Virus record (IMG/VR): IMGVR_UViG_3300030019_000024
Source of the DNA: an uncultured virus (IMG/VR IMGVR_UViG_3300030019_000024)
Lineage: Duplodnaviria; Heunggongvirae; Uroviricota; Caudoviricetes
Length of the DNA: 20,000 nt
Direction: 5' to 3' (one strand)
Shown here: piece by piece, positions 1 to 5,679 of the stretch
How the letters are laid out: every line of letters begins with the position of its first letter
Numbering within the stretch: the first letter of the stretch is position 1
Notes under the pieces: model-generated
What the model saw: only the letters and a program-made list of their open reading frames with translations
Told to the model about the DNA's origin: nothing
Databases searched by the model: none
Position numbers and translations under genes: made by a program

Positions 1-60
1 CCATTTTCGATTATTATTGTAATTTTCATTACTTAATAATATAATTTTTCTTCTTTCCAT
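1..60 (-). CDS. 5' end of a hypothetical protein running off the window (MERRKIILLSNENYNNNRKW...)
   Basis: ATG at 60-58 overlaps the TAA of the upstream ORF (TAATG coupling); frame open to the window edge. Confidence 0.6.
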   Translation of the reverse strand, partial: MERRKIILLSNENYNNNRKW

Positions 61-1259
61 TATGTTTGTATCTTTTCTTTTAATTTTACTAATAATAATC
101 TTCTTTTTAGAAATATTAATGTTTCTATTATAGAATTTAGTATATATTCTTTTCTGTTATTATAACTCCACATATAGTTGTTTCCACCACCTAAAGTTTT
201 AAATTCATTGTGTGTTTTTGAATATTCTTTTATTAATAAATTAATATCCAATCCTTGTGATAAGAAAATTTGATATATTTCTAAAATATCTTTCTTATGA
301 TAACCATCAACCTTATATACAAATTCATTATACAATGATATTTCTTTAAAAATGATAGTAGAATTACTATCATTTAGTAATCCAACTTCTACAAGTAATT
401 TAAAATAAGATAAAAATTCACTATAATAACCACGTAAGTTATGCAAACCCCTTATCATAAACGTAATATGTGATTTTTTATTTTTTACTATATTTATGTA
501 ATTTATAATATCTGAATCGTAAAATTTTTTGCGAACATCCAAATATTGTGATGGTGTAATAGTATCAATCACATAATCAAATAACATAGTATATTCAGAA
601 CATAAACTATAATTATCAAGTTTTATTAATAACTTTATTATCTGTGACTTAGTTAATGTTTTAATTATAAGTAAACTAAAAAATTCAATTAAATTTCTAT
701 CTGAATGATAATATAAATTTGAGTTAACTGATAATAATGAACTTAATAATTCATATAATCTTATCTGATTGTTTTTAATTGTTACTTTATCCCTTGGGTT
801 TATAATATTATCAGTTAAATATCTATCTATTAATTTCAATGAATTAATTGTAGACTTTTTCGAAATATTATAATAAAGCAAAAGTGCTAAATTTCTTAAT
901 TCACCAAGTTTTTCTACCCTTTTGTAATAATCATAAAATGAATTACCTCTATCATATAGTTTTAATATTTCATAATTGTATTTTATAATTCCTTTATACT
1001 TAGTATAATCAACTATCGGTTTTATACTAAAATATGAATCTTCTATATTTATATGCTTATCAAAAATATATTTAAATACAGTATCATCTTTTTCTAATAT
1101 AGAATCTATCCCTCTTTGATATCTATCTTGCGTAAATTTAGTAATATCTTGGGATTCTAATATTTCATCTATTAAATCAATATCAGTTGTTCTACCAATA
1201 CTTCCTAATAATAAATAAGGGTATTCTTTAAGTTCTTCTACTGCTTTATATTTGTACAT
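60..1259 (-). CDS. hypothetical protein, 399 aa
   Basis: Long ORF preceded by an AACTTTT-N14-TATTAT motif; no recognisable domain; basic C-terminus. Confidence 0.8.
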   Translation of the reverse strand: MYKYKAVEELKEYPYLLLGSIGRTTDIDLIDEILESQDITKFTQDRYQRGIDSILEKDDTVFKYIFDKHINIEDSYFSIKPIVDYTKYKGIIKYNYEILKLYDRGNSFYDYYKRVEKLGELRNLALLLYYNISKKSTINSLKLIDRYLTDNIINPRDKVTIKNNQIRLYELLSSLLSVNSNLYYHSDRNLIEFFSLLIIKTLTKSQIIKLLIKLDNYSLCSEYTMLFDYVIDTITPSQYLDVRKKFYDSDIINYINIVKNKKSHITFMIRGLHNLRGYYSEFLSYFKLLVEVGLLNDSNSTIIFKEISLYNEFVYKVDGYHKKDILEIYQIFLSQGLDINLLIKEYSKTHNEFKTLGGGNNYMWSYNNRKEYILNSIIETLIFLKRRLLLVKLKEKIQT

Positions 1260-1283
1260 AAAAAAAGATTATTTAATTCTACT

Positions 1284-1310
1284 ATAATATACAAATATAC
1301 TATAAAAGTT
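1284..1310 (-). promoter_or_regulatory. putative phage promoter AACTTTT-N14-TATTAT
   Basis: One of four copies with identical 14-nt spacing. Confidence 0.55.
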
Positions 1311-1343
1311 TTAAATAACCTTTCTATTTTATTAAAATTAATC

Positions 1344-1448
1344 TTATTTAACGATAATTAATAATGTACAAGTTGGACATATATAATATACACCATCACC
1401 CGTTTGTATTAAAGTCATTTCAATTTGACAATTTGGACATGTTTTCAT
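1344..1448 (-). CDS. 34-aa zinc-ribbon microprotein (MKTCPNCQIEMTLIQTGDGVYYICPTCTLLIIVK)
   Basis: Manually translated ATG..TAA ORF with two CPxC motifs; absent from the ORF track. Confidence 0.7.
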   Translation of the reverse strand: MKTCPNCQIEMTLIQTGDGVYYICPTCTLLIIVK

Positions 1449-1466
1449 TTCGTTAAATATATTTTG

Positions 1467-1540
1467 TGATCTGGAAGGGATTCAAACCCTTGACATTTTC
1501 ATTAGAAGTGAAATGCTCTATTCAACTGAGCTACCAAACC
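1467..1540 (-). tRNA. tRNA-Arg(UCU)
   Basis: Cloverleaf; anticodon arm TTTCA-CTTCTAA-TGAAA; T-loop TTTGAAT. Confidence 0.9.
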
Positions 1541-1547
1541 ATTTTTG

Positions 1548-1618
1548 TTGTCCAACAAGGATTCGAACCTTGACACCAAGAACCAAAGACTTGTGTGCTA
1601 CCATTACACCATCGGACA
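1548..1618 (-). tRNA. tRNA-Gln(UUG)
   Basis: TGTCCGA/TTGGACA acceptor; loop CTTTGGT; GGTTCGAATCC. Confidence 0.9.
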
Positions 1619-1640
1619 ATTTAATGTTGTTACTATTATA

Positions 1641-1667
1641 TATATATTATTCTTTTGGTCAAAAGTT
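1641..1667 (-). promoter_or_regulatory. putative phage promoter AACTTTT-N14-TATATA upstream of tRNA-Gln/Arg
   Basis: Same motif and spacing as the copies at 1284, 4753 and 8411. Confidence 0.5.
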
Positions 1668-1676
1668 TAATAAATA

Positions 1677-1725
1677 GTAAAAATAGTTTGTTCTTTTCTA
1701 TTTAGAACAAAAAAGAACAAACTAT
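1677..1725 (-). terminator. hairpin / possible intrinsic terminator after the Gly tRNAs
   Basis: Inverted repeat ATAGTTTGTTCTTTT...AAAAGAACAAACTAT followed by TTTT on the minus strand. Confidence 0.55.
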
Positions 1726-1729
1726 AAAG

Positions 1730-1815
1730 AGCAGAAAAAGGGATTCGAACCTTCGGTGTGATATTATCTTTCCAGCTTGGAAGGCTGGCGAAATCGACCA
1801 CTATGCGACTTCTGC
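1730..1815 (-). tRNA. tRNA-Gly(UCC) with long variable region
   Basis: CCAGC-CTTCCAA-GCTGG; about 17-nt variable region; U73. Confidence 0.8.
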
Positions 1816-1834
1816 ATATAACATTTACATGTTG

Positions 1835-1906
1835 AGCAGATAACGGTAATCGAAACCGCATCCTCGGTATGGTAAACCGATGCACTAACCATTGTGCTAT
1901 ATCTGC
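1835..1906 (-). tRNA. tRNA-Gly(ACC)
   Basis: TCGGT-TTACCAT-ACCGA; GCAGATA/TATCTGC acceptor; U73. Confidence 0.88.
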
Positions 1907-1921
1907 ATATAATATTTAAAG

Positions 1922-1993
1922 AGCAGGTGAACAGAATCGAACTGTCATCCTGAGTTTGGAAAACTCACGCACTAACCATTGTGCTACACCTGC
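1922..1993 (-). tRNA. tRNA-Gly(UCC)
   Basis: TGAGT-TTTCCAA-ACTCA; GCAGGTG/CACCTGC acceptor. Confidence 0.92.
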
Positions 1994-2109
1994 GGTATTT
2001 TACGTCCTGGAAAGGACGGGTTCTACTGTTTTCCTTCATCCTGCAAAATCATTTATAAATCATACTTATAAACATAATTGCAATACTTTAAAATTATTAC
2101 TTTATATAA

Positions 2110-2853
2110 TTAAACTTTAATCCATTTTCTTATTGTATTATCACAAACACCATATTTTCTACCTGTTCCACAATATCCTAATATTTCAACATCTTTAATT
2201 AATTGACTATGTTGGGGTCTATTTTCATTAGATTTTTCTAATCTGAATATTCCTTCACATTTTTTACATTTCATTGACCGTTTATCTATTTCTTTACCAC
2301 AAGAACAAAAATTATTAGACTTTACTTTTGAATTATTTTTTGTTTTTTTTGTCACTATTGTTTTTAATTTTATTTTTGATTCTATTTTATTTATTTTATT
2401 TTTAGAACCAAAATTATCTGTTTGACTATGACAATTTGGACAAAGAACTTTTAAATTATTTAATTCATGATTTCTATTATCACCATCAATATGATGTAAA
2501 TGTAAAGATATATCTTTATCACACCATTTAATTATACCACAATTTTCACATTTATTTTCTTTAAGACCATTTTTTATTAATTTAATTCTTAATAAACCAA
2601 TATTTGTATATGTGGATTTTTTTATTAAAATATCATCTAACGACATTATTTTACCAGGGTATTTATATTTTTCCCCTTTGTTCCATCCTTGACCTATAAA
2701 GTGTGAAATATCAATACTATATTTATTAATTAAATTATGTACTCTTTTATAATTTCCACCTACTGGTCTTATATTTAACATTCTACAAACATCTGCAATC
2801 GAGAAAGATTCTTTAAATATTTTTTTTATTTCTTCTATATCAATAATTTTCAT
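2110..2853 (-). CDS. HNH endonuclease (free-standing homing endonuclease-like) inside the tRNA array
   Basis: CENC...LHLHHIDGDNRNHELNNLKVLCPNCH HNH motif; C-terminal Cys cluster and HTH-like tail. Confidence 0.9.
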   Translation of the reverse strand: MKIIDIEEIKKIFKESFSIADVCRMLNIRPVGGNYKRVHNLINKYSIDISHFIGQGWNKGEKYKYPGKIMSLDDILIKKSTYTNIGLLRIKLIKNGLKENKCENCGIIKWCDKDISLHLHHIDGDNRNHELNNLKVLCPNCHSQTDNFGSKNKINKIESKIKLKTIVTKKTKNNSKVKSNNFCSCGKEIDKRSMKCKKCEGIFRLEKSNENRPQHSQLIKDVEILGYCGTGRKYGVCDNTIRKWIKV

Positions 2854-2922
2854 ATTTTTTTTTAATTATATATTATATAATTAATAGTCAAAAAAAAATA
2901 TACATTTTGCGTTTATGCTTTG

Positions 2923-3003
2923 TACTTGTAGACGGGATCGAACCGTCACGCTTTTCAGCATATGTTCCTAAAACATAGGTGTCTACCATTCCACCATACA
3001 AGC
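2923..3003 (-). tRNA. tRNA-Leu(UAG)
   Basis: TATGT-TTTAGGA-ACATA; class II variable arm. Confidence 0.92.
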
Positions 3004-3008
3004 ATATG

Positions 3009-3095
3009 TACTGATGATGGGAGTCGAACCCACACGCACCTTACGATGCAACAGATTTTAAGTCTGTCATGTATTTCCAGTTTCATCACATCAGC
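3009..3095 (-). tRNA. tRNA-Leu(UAA)
   Basis: ACAGA-CTTAAAA-TCTGT; long variable arm. Confidence 0.92.
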
Positions 3096-3104
3096 ATATT
3101 ATAG

Positions 3105-3187
3105 TAACTTAGATGGGATTCGAACCCATACGTCTTTCGACACTACATTTTGAGTGTAGCATGTTCTACCAATTTCATCACTAAGCC
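3105..3187 (-). tRNA. tRNA-Leu(CAA)
   Basis: CTACA-CTCAAAA-TGTAG; long variable arm. Confidence 0.92.
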
Positions 3188-3193
3188 ATTTTG

Positions 3194-3256
3194 TCGAAGG
3201 GTGAAGATTCGAACTTCAACAATAGCTAAATGCACCGCTATTTCCACATACCTCCG
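3194..3256 (-). ncRNA. D-arm-less tRNA-like element or pseudo-tRNA
   Basis: Acceptor CGGAGG/CCTTCG-A, T-arm TGAAG-TTCGAAT-CTTCA, AATAGC/GCTATT stem with 10-nt loop, no D-stem. Confidence 0.55.
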
Positions 3257-3262
3257 TTATTG

Positions 3263-3349
3263 TACCTAAAGTGGGACTCGAACCCACACACCTACTTTAT
3301 TCGGTAATAGCCTCTTAAACTATCGTGTCTACCATTCCACCATTTAGGT
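3263..3349 (-). tRNA. tRNA-Leu(AAG)
   Basis: ATAGT-TTAAGAG-GCTAT; D-arm nearly identical to Leu(UAG); long variable arm; A73. Confidence 0.85.
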
Positions 3350-3359
3350 ATTTATATTG

Positions 3360-3442
3360 TTGCGAAAATGGGATTCGAACCCATGAAATCTTACGATAAC
3401 ACCTTATGAGAGTGTCCTATTTGACCGCTTTAGTACTTCGCA
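3360..3442 (-). tRNA. tRNA(CAU), Met or Ile2, with long variable arm
   Basis: ACACT-CTCATAA-GGTGT; variable hairpin ATC-GTAA-GAT. Confidence 0.8.
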
Positions 3443-3451
3443 ATATATTTG

Positions 3452-3524
3452 TTCCCCAACCAGGGTTCGAACCTGGATTACTGCATCCAAAGTGCTGTGT
3501 GGTTAGCCATTACACTATTGGGGA
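3452..3524 (-). tRNA. tRNA-Gln(UUG)
   Basis: TCCCCAA/TTGGGGA acceptor; loop CTTTGGA. Confidence 0.88.
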
Positions 3525-3534
3525 ATATTTAAAG

Positions 3535-3618
3535 AGCCTTCTGTCAGATTCGAACTGACGTGTCTTATTCAGATCTTGATTACAAGTCAAGCGCAATCGA
3601 CCACTATGCGAAGAAGGC
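3535..3618 (-). tRNA. tRNA-Thr(UGU) with long variable arm
   Basis: CTTGA-CTTGTAA-TCAAG; variable hairpin TCT-GAATA-AGA. Confidence 0.88.
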
Positions 3619-3630
3619 ATTTTTATTTAA

Positions 3631-3708
3631 TGGTGGAGAATATCGGGTTCGAACCGATGACCCCTTGCTTGCAAAGCAAGTGCTCTAAGCCAACTGAGCT
3701 AATCCCCC
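3631..3708 (-). tRNA. tRNA-Ala(UGC), CCA encoded
   Basis: CTTGC-TTTGCAA-GCAAG; G3-U70; ends ACCA. Confidence 0.95.
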
Positions 3709-3728
3709 ATTATTTACTTTTTAAAGTG

Positions 3729-3800
3729 TGGAGATGTGGGTAATTGAAACCCAATTTATTGGTTGCAAACCAATTGTAATAGCCGTTATACGACACCCCC
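3729..3800 (-). tRNA. tRNA-Ala(UGC)
   Basis: ATTGG-TTTGCAA-CCAAT; G3-U70. Confidence 0.88.
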
Positions 3801-3847
3801 TTGTTGAATTTTTGTTTTTTTATAGAAAAAATTCTAAAATCTACTTG

Positions 3848-3922
3848 GGTGAAAGGCGGGTCTCGAACCCGTGACCTTCTGAACCACAATCAGACGCTCT
3901 AACCAACTGAGCTACAATCACC
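3848..3922 (-). tRNA. tRNA-His(GUG)
   Basis: TCTGA-TTGTGGT-TCAGA; G-1 and C73. Confidence 0.9.
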
Positions 3923-3949
3923 ATATATACTTATTTTTCAATAAGTTTG

Positions 3950-4023
3950 TCGGGATGAAAGGACTCAAACCTTCAATAACCTTGTGACCAAAACAAGTAA
4001 CCTCATCAATGGATCGCATCCCG
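3950..4023 (-). tRNA. tRNA-Pro(UGG), divergent D-arm and U37
   Basis: CGGGATG/CATCCCG-A acceptor; CTTGT-TTTGGTC-ACAAG. Confidence 0.7.
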
Positions 4024-4031
4024 ATATTTAG

Positions 4032-4104
4032 TAGAGTAGACAGGGCTCGAACCTGCGACCTCAACATCCCAAATGTTGTAATCTTCCAACTGATATACTA
4101 CTCT
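4032..4104 (-). tRNA. tRNA-Pro(UGG)
   Basis: CAACA-TTTGGGA-TGTTG; atypical A1-U72. Confidence 0.85.
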
Positions 4105-4109
4105 ATGTG

Positions 4110-4199
4110 GGTGAATAACGAGGCTCGAACTCGCAGGGACCTTTTTTAAAGGTTCAGGGGCCACAACCCTATCGGATACCATTACCGTTTATATTCACC
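4110..4199 (-). tRNA. tRNA-His(GUG) with long variable arm
   Basis: TAGGG-TTGTGGC-CCCTG; G-1/C73; variable hairpin ACCTT-TAAA-AAGGT. Confidence 0.82.
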
Positions 4200-4226
4200 A
4201 TATTAACTTATTTTACAATAAGTTTG

Positions 4227-4299
4227 TCGGGATGACAGGGCTCAAACCTGCGACTTCTTGCTCCCAAAGCAAGCACTCTTTCCACTGAGCTACATCCCG
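4227..4299 (-). tRNA. tRNA-Pro(UGG)
   Basis: CGGGATG/CATCCCG-A; CTTGC-TTTGGGA-GCAAG. Confidence 0.9.
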
Positions 4300-4338
4300 T
4301 TATATTTGTCCAAAATGTCAAAGAACTAATTTTTTTTG

Positions 4339-4410
4339 TGTTTCCAAAGGGATTCAAACCCTTATCGTCTGGTCCGTAGCCAAGTGTTCTATTCGTTGAA
4401 CTATGGAAAC
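4339..4410 (-). tRNA. tRNA-Arg(ACG)
   Basis: GTTTCCA/TGGAAAC acceptor; loop CTACGGA. Confidence 0.88.
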
Positions 4411-4416
4411 ATATTT

Positions 4417-4458
4417 AAAAAAGAAAAACCCAATTCAAGTTTCGTTGAATTGGGTTTT
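4417..4458 (-). terminator. intrinsic terminator (attenuator) between the leader ORF and the first tRNA
   Basis: AAAACCCAATTCAA-CGAAAC-TTGAATTGGGTTTT followed by TCTTTTTT, ending 6 nt before tRNA-Arg(ACG). Confidence 0.85.
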
Positions 4459-4482
4459 GCATATTTCGTTTTATAATCTATC

Positions 4483-4599
4483 TTACATAATAATTATGTT
4501 TTTAGTTATACGATTACACGTACCCAATCCAGTGCCACGACCTCCTTGAGGTAGTTGTGTTGGTTGTAAATGCGCCATATGTAATCTAACTGTTGTCAT
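4483..4599 (-). CDS. putative attenuator leader peptide, 38 aa (MTTVRLHMAHLQPTQLPQGGRGTGLGTCNRITKNIIIM)
   Basis: ATG preceded by an A-rich initiation region; codon content mirrors the downstream tRNA set; contains a segment complementary to the terminator 5' arm. Confidence 0.75.
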   Translation of the reverse strand: MTTVRLHMAHLQPTQLPQGGRGTGLGTCNRITKNIIIM

Positions 4600-4680
4600 A
4601 ATATTAATTTTTACTTGTTTTGTTATTTTTATATATTTAATCAGAAAAGTCGTTTTTTTCCATTTTTTCTGATTGTGATA

Positions 4681-4712
4681 CAAAGGTAATACAAATTTTC
4701 CGAATTACCAAA
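4681..4712 (-). promoter_or_regulatory. Bacteroidota primary-sigma-type promoter TTTG-N20-TACCTTTG
   Basis: Matches the -33/-7 consensus TTTG-N19-21-TAnnTTTG. Confidence 0.75.
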
Positions 4713-4752
4713 TGTTTTTCAATTTATTTTCATTTATTTTAAAAATATACTT

Positions 4753-4779
4753 ATTATAGTATGTTTAATTTAAAAAGTT
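4753..4779 (-). promoter_or_regulatory. putative phage promoter AACTTTT-N14-TATAAT
   Basis: Repeated motif with fixed spacing. Confidence 0.6.
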
Positions 4780-4842
4780 TGATTTATTATTGAATAAATA
4801 CGTTTTATTTTTGAAATAGACTTTTTATTTCTATTTTCTTTA

Positions 4843-4874
4843 CAAAGATAATACAAATAATTGGATTATACAAA
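4843..4874 (-). promoter_or_regulatory. Bacteroidota primary-sigma-type promoter TTTG-N20-TATCTTTG
   Basis: Matches the -33/-7 consensus. Confidence 0.7.
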
Positions 4875-4881
4875 TATTATA

Positions 4882-5661
4882 TCAATCAATACCTAAATTA
4901 AATTTTCTTGCCCAGAAGCATCCTTTATTTAATGCTACTTTTACATCAAACCCATCTAAAATTTTTGGGTGGTGTTTATTTTCTGACCAATCTATATAAC
5001 GTAGGTTATTATTTACGATTGTGTCTTTAAAATCGGAATTCATCAATACTGTTTGGAAATACATTTCATCGGGTATTTGTGAAAATTTAAAAAAATCATA
5101 AAAATATTCTTTTTTTGAAAAATCTTCATATAAAAATAATAGACAGTCATGTGTTATCGAAAACCATTGTGATCCATCATAATATTTTATATTGATATTA
5201 AAAATCCTTTTATCCCCTAAAAATTTCCAAGATTCATCAATATCCCATGATTTAGAAATTCTACTAAACTTTGGTTTATTTGGTAATAAATCATGGTATT
5301 CTATATAATTTTTTCCATTATTTTTTATGAAAAAATCATCTATTACATTTCTACTTACGATAGGTAGACATGAATTACTTAATAGGTGTATATAATCAGC
5401 ATTAAATCCACTTTTTAAATATTCGTCAAATAATTCAAAGGTAGCTTCAATCATACTGAATCCACCCCATTTTACTTGAACACGTTTTTTTATAAATATT
5501 ACATTATCTGAAAATTCAGATAAAGCACTTTTAAACACATCAATATATGATTTAGCATCTATATGTATAAAAATTATATCATTTTTATTAGTTAGTGTTG
5601 AAATCAACTGTCTTAATTGATTTGGTTTATCATGTGCTAAAATTAAGTAAGCAAATTTCAT
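4882..5661 (-). CDS. GT14 / Core-2/I-branching family glycosyltransferase
   Basis: AYLILAH, FIHID, V.WGGFS, GSQWF, PDE..FQT, NLRYIDW, ARKF motifs. Confidence 0.9.
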   Translation of the reverse strand: MKFAYLILAHDKPNQLRQLISTLTNKNDIIFIHIDAKSYIDVFKSALSEFSDNVIFIKKRVQVKWGGFSMIEATFELFDEYLKSGFNADYIHLLSNSCLPIVSRNVIDDFFIKNNGKNYIEYHDLLPNKPKFSRISKSWDIDESWKFLGDKRIFNINIKYYDGSQWFSITHDCLLFLYEDFSKKEYFYDFFKFSQIPDEMYFQTVLMNSDFKDTIVNNNLRYIDWSENKHHPKILDGFDVKVALNKGCFWARKFNLGID

Positions 5662-5679
5662 TCTTAATCTTTTTTTTTA

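Noticed and set aside
1667..1885. 72-aa minus-strand ORF
   Set aside because: Overlaps two tRNA-Gly genes and a hairpin
2962..3153. 63-aa plus-strand ORF
   Set aside because: Antisense to the Leu tRNAs
1460..4420. CRISPR-like periodic repeats (GATTCGAACC)
   Set aside because: These are tRNA T-arms, not direct repeats with spacers
4600..4683. N-terminal extension of the leader ORF to TTG 4683
   Set aside because: That TTG lies inside the -7 promoter element; ATG 4599 has the typical A-rich context
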